The notes beneath the pieces were generated by a model, which worked only from the letters and a program-made list of their open reading frames with translations, was not told the DNA's origin and did no database searches. DNA of 64,000 bases from positions 1,469 through 65,468 of the forward strand of contig JAJVLF010000013.1 in assembly GCA_029255845.1 (NCBI GenBank), in the 5' to 3' direction. Origin of the DNA: Campylobacterota bacterium. Lineage in GTDB: Bacteria; Campylobacterota; Campylobacteria; Campylobacterales; JAJVLF01. The position numbers were made by a program, and so were the translations under genes. Shown in pieces: positions 46,906 to 56,511 of the stretch (position 1 is the first letter of the stretch; each line of letters opens with the position of its first letter).

Positions 46906-47575
46906 TTTATCATTTATATTAGAAAATGACATAAATCCTTTTATCATTTTTAATTCTAGCGGAGAAATATCATTTCTAAATAAAAGTGCAAATATGTTTT
47001 CTAGTGCCCATATATCTAAAGAGTTATATGCTTTAGCATTAGAATATGCACCCAAAAACTTTGGCTTTAAAACAAGCTATATGGATTTATATTATGAGCC
47101 AAAGAGTTTTTATGCTATTATGGTTGCTTATCAAAATGAAAATAATATTTGCTTACTTTTATATAACAAACATATAGAACATAAGCTCAATGAAAGTGGC
47201 AATATAGAAAGTAATTTAAATATACTTTTAGAATCAAGTATGGAATATTTCATCATCCACAAACAACCAAAGATAAGATTATTTACAGATTATGATATAC
47301 CATTAGTAAAAATAAATCAAAATAAATTCCTAATCTTAATGAGAAAACTCCTAGATTCATACACTCTAAGCACTTATATAGACATAACTCTAAAAATAAA
47401 AATAGGTAAAATGATAGAAATAAACAATAAAAGACATCATATTATAGAAATAATAATAAAATCAAATCAAAGAGATGAAAACAGTGATGAAGAAATTAAA
47501 AAAATAGCTGACACTAGCAATATCCTACTTTTTTTTGATAAAACAAATAGTATATTAGAGGTTGCTGGGGTTTAG
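46892..47575 (+). CDS. PAS-like + degenerate HATPase-like protein
   Basis: 227 aa. Overlaps the upstream gene by 14 nt. N-terminal PAS-like fold pattern. No obvious phospho-acceptor His box. Confidence 0.45.
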   Translation: MPLDDLSFILENDINPFIIFNSSGEISFLNKSANMFSSAHISKELYALALEYAPKNFGFKTSYMDLYYEPKSFYAIMVAYQNENNICLLLYNKHIEHKLNESGNIESNLNILLESSMEYFIIHKQPKIRLFTDYDIPLVKINQNKFLILMRKLLDSYTLSTYIDITLKIKIGKMIEINNKRHHIIEIIIKSNQRDENSDEEIKKIADTSNILLFFDKTNSILEVAGV

Positions 47576-47596
47576 AGTTATGGTTCAATCTATCAA

Positions 47597-48718
47597 TTAC
47601 CTATACTCATAATCCAATAACTCAACATCATTATTCTTTTGCCGTAAATAAAGCTTTAAAAATATATCATTAATAATATATTCCCCTAAAGCAATTTTTT
47701 TAATTAGCCCCATATCCTCTAATGAACAATGCACATTATACAAGCTTTTACTATCAAGTTTTGATTTTTCATTATTGGCAATAGAATAAAGAACATCAAG
47801 ACTATGTTTTTTTTGTTTTGCTTTTGATATAAGCTCATCAATATATGCTTGATTAGATTGTATTACTTCTATTAGCACGGTATATACATCCTTTTCTTTT
47901 AATTCTTTAATATTATTAGCGATAGATATAAAATATAGTTTTTGTAATACTTGTAATGAATAATCTGGATGACCACCTAAATACTCCAATAAATATCGTA
48001 AAGAGTGAACCTTGATTGATTTTTTATCAAATACCCTTTTGCTATAAATATATAGCTCATCAATATCTAAAGGTGGTAAATCTACAATAGAAGCAAAATG
48101 AAAAAATGCAGATGATTTTTTCTCAAATATCTTAGTCATTATAGTTTCAATACTGCCTAAAAATATATATGTTATATTTTTATGATGTTGCATAACAGAC
48201 CTAGATTTATCTAATACATCATTAGATGATATTTTTAATATATCTTGAAACTCATCTAATACAAACTTTATATTTATATTTTTCTTAATAGCTATAGTAT
48301 TCATTACATCTAAGCTATGCAAGAAGTATTCAACTTCATCAATATCATCTTTTTCATACATTTTAATAGTGATTTCTGCTATATTATCTATTTTGAATTT
48401 TTGAAGAGATTTTAATAAATCAAACATAGAATTTTTTACTTTATATAAAAAATTATCTATTGCAGAAATTTTATATGCTTCATTTATTATATTATTTGCA
48501 AGTGATTTAATAGTGCTTACTCTTTTTATATCAATATACACAAATTCATAACTTGGGTTACTTTCAAGCAAATGCTTAATTATAGATGTTTTCCCAAATC
48601 TCCTAGGAGCTTTTATCATAAATGATTGATTTTCTTCTATGTATGTTTTAAATAAAGGCAAATGCTTTTTTCTATCTATAAAGTCTTTACTAGTTACAGG
48701 TTTTCCAGTTTTAAACAT
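47597..48718 (-). CDS. Orphan AAA-type ATPase (Arch_ATPase/ATPase_2-like) with C-terminal winged-helix-like region
   Basis: Walker A APRRFGKTS and Walker B FVLDEFQD. 373 aa. Confidence 0.7.
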   Translation of the reverse strand: MFKTGKPVTSKDFIDRKKHLPLFKTYIEENQSFMIKAPRRFGKTSIIKHLLESNPSYEFVYIDIKRVSTIKSLANNIINEAYKISAIDNFLYKVKNSMFDLLKSLQKFKIDNIAEITIKMYEKDDIDEVEYFLHSLDVMNTIAIKKNINIKFVLDEFQDILKISSNDVLDKSRSVMQHHKNITYIFLGSIETIMTKIFEKKSSAFFHFASIVDLPPLDIDELYIYSKRVFDKKSIKVHSLRYLLEYLGGHPDYSLQVLQKLYFISIANNIKELKEKDVYTVLIEVIQSNQAYIDELISKAKQKKHSLDVLYSIANNEKSKLDSKSLYNVHCSLEDMGLIKKIALGEYIINDIFLKLYLRQKNNDVELLDYEYR

Positions 48719-48745
48719 ATTATTTTCTTTGTATATATATTTTAT

Positions 48746-48813
48746 GGATAATTATATCTATTAAATTAATGGAAGTCAATATTAGTAGATGATTGTATCT
48801 ATTAAATTGATAG
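48746..48813. repeat. Two ~27-bp direct repeats upstream of the ATPase gene
   Basis: GGATAATTATATCTATTAAATTAATGG (48746-48772) versus AGATGATTGTATCTATTAAATTGATAG (48787-48813). Confidence 0.4.
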
Positions 48814-48904
48814 ATAGTATTTTTAAAATACACTATTTTTTCTTATACATAGAATAAATAACATCCTTATGCTTATTTTCCACCACAAAACGATTTATTG
48901 TCCC

Positions 48905-49470
48905 AACACGCTAGTTAAAACTATGCACTTTTAGTGCAAGGCTTTCAGCTTCTACAAACATCCAAATGATACAATAAAACCATGAGACATGGAAATCACA
49001 CAATAAGCCAACTTCAAGCCCATATAGTATGGGTAACTAAATACAGATACAAAGTATTAAAGGGAAACATACAGCAAAGATGTAGAGAACTATTAATCCA
49101 AATATATGACTCAGAAGATATAAGAATACTTAAAGGAGTAGTAAGCAGAGATCACATTCATATGCACATAGAATACCCACCAAGTAAATCATTAAGCGAC
49201 ATAGTCAAAAAACTAAAAGGAAGAACTTCAAGAAAGCTACAGATGGAATTCAAAGAACTTTCAAAACAATATTGGGGAAAACATTTCTGGGCAATAGGTT
49301 ATGGAGTATGGAGCACAGGAAATATAACAGAAGATACAGTAGATGAATATTTAGAACACCATCGAAGTCCATCAAACAAAGACACAGGAACAATGATTTT
49401 GGAATAAAAATCATTGCGGACTTTCAGTCCGTATCTTATGAACCTATGGACTTTCAGTCCATAGTGGTTG
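48905..49470 (+). mobile_element. IS200-type (IS200/IS605 family) element; boundaries approximate
   Basis: tnpA flanked by subterminal hairpins: TGCACTTTTAGTGCA (48924-48938), CGGACTTTCAGTCCG (49417-49431) and TATGGACTTTCAGTCCATA (49445-49463). No tnpB. Confidence 0.75.
48982..49407 (+). CDS. tnpA: IS200/IS605-family Y1 (HUH) transposase TnpA
   Basis: 141 aa. HUH motif HIHMHIEY. Motifs IVWVTKYRYKVL and FWAIGYGVWSTG. Confidence 0.9.
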   Translation: MRHGNHTISQLQAHIVWVTKYRYKVLKGNIQQRCRELLIQIYDSEDIRILKGVVSRDHIHMHIEYPPSKSLSDIVKKLKGRTSRKLQMEFKELSKQYWGKHFWAIGYGVWSTGNITEDTVDEYLEHHRSPSNKDTGTMILE

Positions 49471-49644
49471 AGTACTCTTACTCTCTCGTGGTTTATATCC
49501 ATATATTATATATACTTTTTTTAGATATATTAATATATGAAAAAATAGAATATAAAATACCATTAGTTTAAAATTTACTTAAAAATTATAATAGTCCTTT
49601 AACCCCTTTATGGTATCATATATTCAAAAAACAAAAGGATTATT

Positions 49645-51207
49645 ATGAAATATCTAATGGCAATAGATGCAGGGACAGGGAGTGTGAGGGCTGTTATTTT
49701 TGATGAAAATGCTAAGCAAATATCTGTTTTTGCTAAGGAATGGACTCATTATAAAGATGGTGATGTTGAAAATAGTATGAGCTTTGATTGTGAGGGGAAT
49801 TGGGAGATTATTTGTTCTTGTATTCAAAATGCTATTTCTATTGCTGGTGTTGATAGTGAAGATATTTTAGCTATTAGTGCTAGCAGTATGCGAGAGGGGA
49901 TTGTGGCTTATGATGGTGATGGGAAAGAGGTTTTTGCTGTGGCTAATGTGGATTCTCGTGCTAGTGAGGAAGTTGGGTATATTAATGAGAAGTTTCCTAA
50001 ATTAGAAAAAGAGTTTTATGATATATCTGGTCAGACATTTGCACTTGGGGCTTTGCCTAGGTTGATGTGGTTAAAAAATAATAGATTAGATGTTTATAAT
50101 AAAGTTAAAAAAGTTTCTATGATTAGTGATTGGGTGCTGTATAAGCTTAGTGGAGTTATTGCTTCTGACCCTAGTAATGGGGGGACTAGTGGGGTGTTTT
50201 CTTTGGAAAAACGAAAATATGTTTCTAAGATGGCGAAAGAGCTTGATATTAAAGATGATATTTTTCCAGATGTTTTAGAGGCTGGGGAAGTTATGGGGGT
50301 TGTTAGTCCAAGTGTTATTAATAAAACTACTCTTTCAAGTAAGACTAAAATAGTTATGGGTGGTGGTGATGTTCAGCTTGGGGCTGTGGGGCTTGGGGTT
50401 GTTAATGAAAATGAAGTGGCTATTTTAGGGGGGTCATTTTGGCAACAAATAGTTAATATTCCTAAAAATATAAAACCTCCTAAAGATATGTCTTTAAGAG
50501 TTAATCCTCATATTATTTCTAGTTTATCTCAAGCGGAAGGGATAAGCTTCTTTTCAGGGCTTATATTAAGATGGTTTCGAGATGTGTTTGCTTATGAAGA
50601 AAGTGAGCAAGCAAAAAAAGAAAATACAGATGTATATCATATATTAGAGCAAAAAGCTTCTAAAGTCCCCGTAGGTTCTTATGGAATAATGCCTATATTT
50701 TCAGATACTATGAAATATAAAAAATGGTATCATGCCTCACCTAGTTTTTTAAATCTCTCAATAGATAAAGATATATGCAATAAAGCCTCTATGTTTCGAG
50801 CTTTACAAGAAAATGCTTGTATAGTATCTGCAATAAATTTACAAAAAATACAAAAATGGACAAATACTACAATAGAGAGTATAGTATTTGCTGGGGGAGC
50901 AAGTAAAGGGGAGCTGTTTTGCCAGATATTAGCAGATGTAAGTGGATGTAAAGTAAAAGTTCCTAAAGTTATAGAAGCTACATCTTTAGGATGTGCTATT
51001 GTGGCAGGAGTGGGTGCTGGGATATATGAGGATGTCGCAAAAGATTCTAAAAGATTGGTTGAGTGGGATAGAGAGTATATCCCAATTATGGAAAATACAA
51101 AAAAGTATAAAGATATACAAAAGAAATGGGAAAAGGCTTATGAAGCTCAATTAAAATTGGTTGATGATGGAATAACTATCTCTATGTGGAAAGCACCAGG
51201 GTTATAA
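49645..51207 (+). CDS. lsrK: Autoinducer-2 kinase (FGGY family, LsrK-like)
   Basis: 520 aa. Collinear with E. coli LsrK as I recall it (YLMAIDAGTGSVRAVIFD, GGGDVQLG, MPIFSD..K.WYHA.PSF.NLSID, C-terminal WKAPGL). Confidence 0.8.
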   Translation: MKYLMAIDAGTGSVRAVIFDENAKQISVFAKEWTHYKDGDVENSMSFDCEGNWEIICSCIQNAISIAGVDSEDILAISASSMREGIVAYDGDGKEVFAVANVDSRASEEVGYINEKFPKLEKEFYDISGQTFALGALPRLMWLKNNRLDVYNKVKKVSMISDWVLYKLSGVIASDPSNGGTSGVFSLEKRKYVSKMAKELDIKDDIFPDVLEAGEVMGVVSPSVINKTTLSSKTKIVMGGGDVQLGAVGLGVVNENEVAILGGSFWQQIVNIPKNIKPPKDMSLRVNPHIISSLSQAEGISFFSGLILRWFRDVFAYEESEQAKKENTDVYHILEQKASKVPVGSYGIMPIFSDTMKYKKWYHASPSFLNLSIDKDICNKASMFRALQENACIVSAINLQKIQKWTNTTIESIVFAGGASKGELFCQILADVSGCKVKVPKVIEATSLGCAIVAGVGAGIYEDVAKDSKRLVEWDREYIPIMENTKKYKDIQKKWEKAYEAQLKLVDDGITISMWKAPGL

Positions 51208-51222
51208 GGTGGCTTTAGTTTG

Positions 51223-51240
51223 GTGAGGTTGAAACCTCAC
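51223..51240. terminator. Hairpin between convergent lsrK and the pseudouridine synthase gene
   Basis: GTGAGG-TTGAAA-CCTCAC followed by a T-rich run on the + strand. Confidence 0.45.
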
Positions 51241-51259
51241 TTCCAAGTTAATTTTTTGG

Positions 51260-52036
51260 TTATTCGTCCTCTTTAGGTTCTTTTTTTTCGGGAGCTTTTT
51301 TGCTCATCATTTCTCTTAATGTGTCATACTCTTTAGAAGATAAAAATCTAGTTTTCCCTGATGGTAGATTATTAAGTGAAAAAGGTCCATAAGATATTCT
51401 TTTTAAATCTAAAATCTTTCTATCAAAGTGAGCAAAAAATCTTCTTAGTTCTCTGTTTCTACCAGATTCTAGCCCTACTCTTATTCGTGAATAATTTCTT
51501 GTATTTTTTAATATCTCATATGACAGAAATTTGCCTCCATCCATTGAATCTATATTTGCTAAAGGATGAGCTCCTGCATTGGTGTCTAAAAATACTCCTT
51601 CTTGCATGGCTTGTTTCATTACATCCGTAATTTGCCCATCTAGTTTTAGATTATAAACTCTTTCTATTCCTTTTCTCATTAGCTTAGTGGCTATCGTAGG
51701 GGAATCTGTCAATAATAAAACCCCCTCACTTTGAAAATCTAATCTTCCTATCGTTATAAAATGCTTAAACTTACTTGATATAGAATGATATATTGTTTTT
51801 CTTTCTCTATCATCTTTTTTAGTTGTAAGCTCACCTTTTTGTTTATTGTAAATAATCACCGAATAGCTATCATCTACTCGCACTATCTTACCATCTAGCT
51901 TTACTTCTTGTTTTATAATATCTACAAAATCTACCACTACTTGACCATCTACTTTAATTCTTGCTTCTTTTATTAATGTGTCTGCTTCTCTTCTTGAGTA
52001 TTTTGTGTAATGAGAGAGGAATTTATTTAATCTCAT
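51260..52036 (-). CDS. rRNA pseudouridine synthase (RsuA/RluB family)
   Basis: N-terminal S4 domain (MRLNKFLSHYTKYSRREADTLI). Catalytic GRLDFQSEGVLLLT. Confidence 0.88.
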   Translation of the reverse strand: MRLNKFLSHYTKYSRREADTLIKEARIKVDGQVVVDFVDIIKQEVKLDGKIVRVDDSYSVIIYNKQKGELTTKKDDRERKTIYHSISSKFKHFITIGRLDFQSEGVLLLTDSPTIATKLMRKGIERVYNLKLDGQITDVMKQAMQEGVFLDTNAGAHPLANIDSMDGGKFLSYEILKNTRNYSRIRVGLESGRNRELRRFFAHFDRKILDLKRISYGPFSLNNLPSGKTRFLSSKEYDTLREMMSKKAPEKKEPKEDE

Positions 52037-53001
52037 TTTATCCCCATTTCTACTAAATCATGAAGATGAAGAACACCTATGATTTCTTTATTTTCTTTGG
52101 TAAAAGCTAGTAATTGTATTTTATGTTTTTCCACATATAGCAAAGCATCTTTAGCTAACATATCCTCATTATGGCATATATGGGGCTTTTTATTTGCATA
52201 CATAATGGCTTTATTTTCTAAAGAAAAACCATCATTTCTTAAAGCTCTTCTTAAATCCCCATCGCTTAAAATCCCCATTAATTTAGTTTCTTTATTTACT
52301 ATTAATAAGTTTCCTAATTTACCCTCAGTCATTACTGATATAGCATCTTTTAAAATACAATCCTCATATACAATGGGGAGGTTGTCATATCTTAATAAAT
52401 TTCTAGCTTTGACAAAAAGCATTTTGCCTAAAGACCCACCAGGATGAAAAGAAGCAAAATCATTTTTCTTAAAATCCCTAGCTTTCATCAATGCAACAGC
52501 GATAGCATCCCCTAAAGCCATAGTTAAAGTAGTAGAAGAAGTAGGAGCTATATTTAAAGGACAAGCTTCTTTTTTAATAGCAATTGAGAGAAAAATATCA
52601 CTTTTAATAGCCAAAGAAGACTGCTCAAAACCAGCCATAGAAATAGTTTGAACATTAAGCCTTTTTAGATGGGGCATTAATGCAAGTATCTCCTCGCTTT
52701 CTCCTGAATAACTTATAACAATAACTAAATCATTCTTATCAATCATTCCCAAATCCCCATGCATAGCCTCCGTAGGATGGACGAAAAAGCTACTAGTTCC
52801 AGTGCTTGAAAGAGTAGCAGATATTTTAGAGCCTACTAATCCACTCTTACCTACTCCTATAATGACTACTTTTCCTTTTATAGAAAGGATTTTCTCTATT
52901 GTTTTATTAAAGTTTTTTAAATTATTTTTAGCATAAAGCAAGGCATTTGCCTCTATTTCAAAAACCTCTTTTGCTATATTTTCATAGTTTGTATTTTTCA
53001 T
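52033..53001 (-). CDS. kdsD: Arabinose-5-phosphate isomerase (KpsF/KdsD: SIS + CBS pair)
   Basis: SIS motif GVGKSG. C-terminal tandem CBS. 322 aa. Confidence 0.9.
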   Translation of the reverse strand: MKNTNYENIAKEVFEIEANALLYAKNNLKNFNKTIEKILSIKGKVVIIGVGKSGLVGSKISATLSSTGTSSFFVHPTEAMHGDLGMIDKNDLVIVISYSGESEEILALMPHLKRLNVQTISMAGFEQSSLAIKSDIFLSIAIKKEACPLNIAPTSSTTLTMALGDAIAVALMKARDFKKNDFASFHPGGSLGKMLFVKARNLLRYDNLPIVYEDCILKDAISVMTEGKLGNLLIVNKETKLMGILSDGDLRRALRNDGFSLENKAIMYANKKPHICHNEDMLAKDALLYVEKHKIQLLAFTKENKEIIGVLHLHDLVEMGIK

Positions 53002-54293
53002 TTATTAAGATACCTTATATTATTTGAAAACTCAAAGCTTTTAAAAGAAATAATGCTAATAATTTCCCCCTTAGAAACATTATCAATCTCACTATGAAAA
53101 ACCGCCATAGCATTAGCATCCCGAATAGGGCTTATCATCCCTGAATTATATTTATTATTTCTAATAGCTTCAAATTCATTATCTTCTACTCTACCTAAAA
53201 CTATATTAGCTTTATGCCTAGCCACTCTAAAATCTGCTTTGTTTTTAACCATCACAGGCTTAGTAAAATAATCATTATATCCACCATTTTTACGAAGAGC
53301 AGGTAAAATAAAATTAAAAGTAGCCAATATACAAGACATAGGATTTCCAGGCAAAGCAAACACAAAAGTCTCATCCATTTTTCCAAAAAGCACAGGTTTT
53401 GCTGGTTTTAGATTTATTTTATGAAAGATAGTTTTCATATTATTTTCTTCATAAGCCTCTTTCATAAAGTCAGCCTCACCCATACTAACTCCACCTGTAG
53501 AAATAATAAAATCATAAGACTTCAAAGAAGAAATAAATTCTATCATTTTTTCTAAATTATCTGGCATTACCCCCTTATAATCCGCATTAAAACCAAAATC
53601 TTTTAAAATAGACTTAATAGCAACAGAATTAGAATTATAAGTAGCAAACTCTCCAGACTCTTCCCACGGCTCTATAATCTCCTCTCCACTTGATACAATA
53701 GCTATTTTTGCTTTATCATAAACATCAACAAAAGGCTTTCCATTAGAAGCCAGTAAAGACACATTTACTCCATCAAGCAAACATCCTTTCTCTAGTAGAT
53801 TATCTCCTTTTTTAAGCTCTTCTGCTTGTTTTCTATAATTATCCCCATTTTTTAATTTAGGCAATTTAACAATATCCCCATCCACAGACAAAGCATCCTC
53901 AAAAGGACAAACCGCATTAGCACTATCAGGCATCTTAGCACCTGTCATAATCTTAACACATTCCCCTTTTGATATTTGATAATCCCCATAATCCCCCGCA
54001 AAAATACTCTTAACAATCTTAAAACTCTCACTATCATCATCACTATGCACCGCATATCCATCCATAGCAGAATTATCAAAAGCAGGAGCATCTCTAAATG
54101 CTTTAATGTCCATCGCTAAAACATCCCTATCTAAATCATAAATGGACTTTATAGATGATGATTGTTTTTTTGTTATTGAAGACATAATAAAATCTATAGC
54201 TTCTTCATAACTAATTAATTTTTTCAACAATTTCCTTTGAAATTTTGGATTATTATAGCAAGATAGTTTGCTGTATTGTATTAAAAATACCAA
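52998..54293 (-). CDS. moeA: Molybdopterin molybdotransferase
   Basis: MoeA pattern ISYEEAIDF..., SAMDGYAV, ISTGGVSMGE and LPGNPMS. The true start is probably downstream of the track TTG. Confidence 0.88.
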   Translation of the reverse strand: MVFLIQYSKLSCYNNPKFQRKLLKKLISYEEAIDFIMSSITKKQSSSIKSIYDLDRDVLAMDIKAFRDAPAFDNSAMDGYAVHSDDDSESFKIVKSIFAGDYGDYQISKGECVKIMTGAKMPDSANAVCPFEDALSVDGDIVKLPKLKNGDNYRKQAEELKKGDNLLEKGCLLDGVNVSLLASNGKPFVDVYDKAKIAIVSSGEEIIEPWEESGEFATYNSNSVAIKSILKDFGFNADYKGVMPDNLEKMIEFISSLKSYDFIISTGGVSMGEADFMKEAYEENNMKTIFHKINLKPAKPVLFGKMDETFVFALPGNPMSCILATFNFILPALRKNGGYNDYFTKPVMVKNKADFRVARHKANIVLGRVEDNEFEAIRNNKYNSGMISPIRDANAMAVFHSEIDNVSKGEIISIISFKSFEFSNNIRYLNK

Positions 54294-54439
54294 TGAAAAA
54301 CAAAATAAACCAAAAGCTTTTAAATGTAATTTTAACGACTGAAATTATATAAAATATAGGCTATCTATTTAAAGCATTATACTAAACAACACTCTTTTTA
54401 AAAGACTAATAGGAGTAAAAAAAAGAAACCTACAATACA

Positions 54440-54589
54440 ATGGTAAAAGTTTTCAAGGAATATGAAAAAGAAAGAATAAAAAATCATGGTATAGGAGGAA
54501 GAAAACAATCTTTATGCGAAGAAGAAAAAGTTCTATTTTTTTTAGAGTATTATAGTGTAGTAAATACTCTTATTGCAAATCAAAACTAA
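54440..54589 (+). pseudogene. N-terminal remnant of an IS5-like (HTH_Tnp_4/DDE_Tnp_4 type) transposase
   Basis: 49-codon ORF MVKVFKEYEKERIKNHGIGGRKQSLCEEEKVLFFLEYYSV... matches the GRx..L..Eeqll..L.Y pattern of such transposase N-termini. No DDE part follows. Confidence 0.35.
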
Positions 54590-54612
54590 CACAAATTTAG
54601 TTTTATTAAGTG

Positions 54613-55629
54613 TTATAAGATAGAAACCCTATCATCACTCATAACTACCATATTTTCAAACCTAACTCCAAATTCATTAGGGATATAAATACCAGGTTCT
54701 ATGGTGAAAACCATATTATTTTCTATAATATCACTGGATTTACTAGATATAAAAGGAAGCTCATGAATATCTAGTCCTACTCCATGACCTGTGGAATGCA
54801 CAAAGTATTTACCATAAGCTGATTTTTCTATTACTTTTCTTGCTATGGTATCTATATCACTTGCTTTCATTCCTACTCTTGCTTGTTTTATGGCTTCATC
54901 ATGTGATTTTCTCACTATGTCGTATATTTTTTGATGATTTTTATTTTTAAATTTTTGCTCATCTTTAAAATGAATGTCTCCATGTATATCGCATACTCTT
55001 GTTCTATCAGAACAGTATCTTTTATATTTAATACCAGCATCTACTAATAATAAATCTTTTTCTTGTAGCTTAAGTTCTGAGGGGTGAGCATGGGGTTTTG
55101 CTGAATTTGCATTAATTGCTACTATGGCATCAAAGCTTGTGCCTAGTTCTAGTTTATTAGTCATATATGATAAATTTTTAAAAGATAGGTATTTTTCTGT
55201 TTTACCAATTCCTTTTTTAGATAGGTATTTTGCAAATTTATCAAAACCTTTAGCACCTAAATGGACAGCTTGTTTTAAAAGCTTAATTTCATCATCACTT
55301 TTAACCATTCTTTTTTTCTGAGATAGCCTTTCTTTGGTATCTACTTTAGGTAAAATATCTTTAAATACTAAATATTCTTTCATGCTCCATTCATTAGAAT
55401 CTAATGTGATTTTACTAATATGATATTTTTTTAGAGTGCTAATTGCCTCATCTAGTAAATTACTAGCGATAATTACTTGAGAATTTAAAACTTTTTCATT
55501 TGCCTCAATCTCATATCTGCTATCTGTAAAAAAAAAGCTATCTTTTCCTAAAGAGAGATAAATAGCATTATCACAGCTATATCCACATTCATAATAAATA
55601 GCATTTTCATTTTTATGGATATAATTCAT
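54613..55629 (-). CDS. M24-family Xaa-Pro aminopeptidase/dipeptidase
   Basis: Motifs HSTGHGVGLDIHE and TIEPGIY. Confidence 0.88.
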   Translation of the reverse strand: MNYIHKNENAIYYECGYSCDNAIYLSLGKDSFFFTDSRYEIEANEKVLNSQVIIASNLLDEAISTLKKYHISKITLDSNEWSMKEYLVFKDILPKVDTKERLSQKKRMVKSDDEIKLLKQAVHLGAKGFDKFAKYLSKKGIGKTEKYLSFKNLSYMTNKLELGTSFDAIVAINANSAKPHAHPSELKLQEKDLLLVDAGIKYKRYCSDRTRVCDIHGDIHFKDEQKFKNKNHQKIYDIVRKSHDEAIKQARVGMKASDIDTIARKVIEKSAYGKYFVHSTGHGVGLDIHELPFISSKSSDIIENNMVFTIEPGIYIPNEFGVRFENMVVMSDDRVSIL

Positions 55630-55632
55630 AAA

Positions 55633-56097
55633 TTATTTATTTTCATTCTTTTTTGCTTCTATTTGCTCAAGTATAATCTGATGCACAGAAATCATAGCTA
55701 AATGATAAGAAAAAGCCCCAAATCCTGTAATCACACCCATAGAAGCTCCAGCAGTTATGCTTTTTTGTCTAAACTCTTCTCTTTGATAAATATTAGAAAT
55801 ATGAACTTCAACAGTAGGAATATTTACAGCCATTAATGCATCTTTAATCCCTATAGAAGTATGACTAAAAGCTGCTGGATTAATGATAATCCCATCTACA
55901 CTGCCAAATGCTTCTTGAATTCTATCTATTATTTCTCCCTCTAAATTACTTTGGAAAAATTCAATTTCTATGTCATTTTCTTTAGCATACTTTTCCATAC
56001 CTAAATGGATTTGCTCTAAAGTTAAAGGTCCATAAATGTGCTGTTCTCTGATACCTAGCATATTTAAATTTGGTCCTTGTATTACTGATATTTTCAT
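55633..56097 (-). CDS. aroQ: Type II 3-dehydroquinate dehydratase
   Basis: Motifs IQGPNLNMLGIRE, INPAAFSHTS and EVHISNI. Confidence 0.93.
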   Translation of the reverse strand: MKISVIQGPNLNMLGIREQHIYGPLTLEQIHLGMEKYAKENDIEIEFFQSNLEGEIIDRIQEAFGSVDGIIINPAAFSHTSIGIKDALMAVNIPTVEVHISNIYQREEFRQKSITAGASMGVITGFGAFSYHLAMISVHQIILEQIEAKKNENK

Positions 56098-56106
56098 TTT
56101 AGCTCC

Positions 56107-56511
56107 TTAATTTATTTCTCCCTCACTTGCCTTAAGCAAGACATCATCTAATAAGCTTTTCATATTTTTTACATTAAGAGCCCCTATGAATTTTTTTAAT
56201 ACTTTTTTATCTTTATTTAAAAAATAAAAAGTTGGAGTTCCTCTTGCATAAAGCCCTCTTAATGTCCTATTCTTAGTTATATTTATATAAGAATAATGGA
56301 AATTTTCTTGTATAAAACTTACTAGTTCATAATTTTCAAAAGTTTTATCCATAACTATTTGACAAGCATCACAATCATCTTGACCATACATTAACATAAT
56401 AACTTTATCATCTCCTTTAGCCTCAGCAACAGCACTCTTAAAGCTCATAGGCTCCAAGAAACTTGAATACATAAATGATATAAACAAAAAACAAATTAAT
56501 ATATATCTCAT
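56107..56511 (-). CDS. Periplasmic thioredoxin-fold protein
   Basis: Signal peptide and CDAC (CxxC) motif. Adjacent to ccdA. Confidence 0.7.
   Translation of the reverse strand: MRYILICFLFISFMYSSFLEPMSFKSAVAEAKGDDKVIMLMYGQDDCDACQIVMDKTFENYELVSFIQENFHYSYINITKNRTLRGLYARGTPTFYFLNKDKKVLKKFIGALNVKNMKSLLDDVLLKASEGEIN

Noticed and set aside
47557-47572. TATTAGAGGTTGC at the 3' end of CDS 46892-47575 as another MITE terminus stub.
   Set aside because: The match is only about 10 nt, lacks the terminal CCC and has no adjacent arm sequence. It is compatible with chance in AT-rich DNA.
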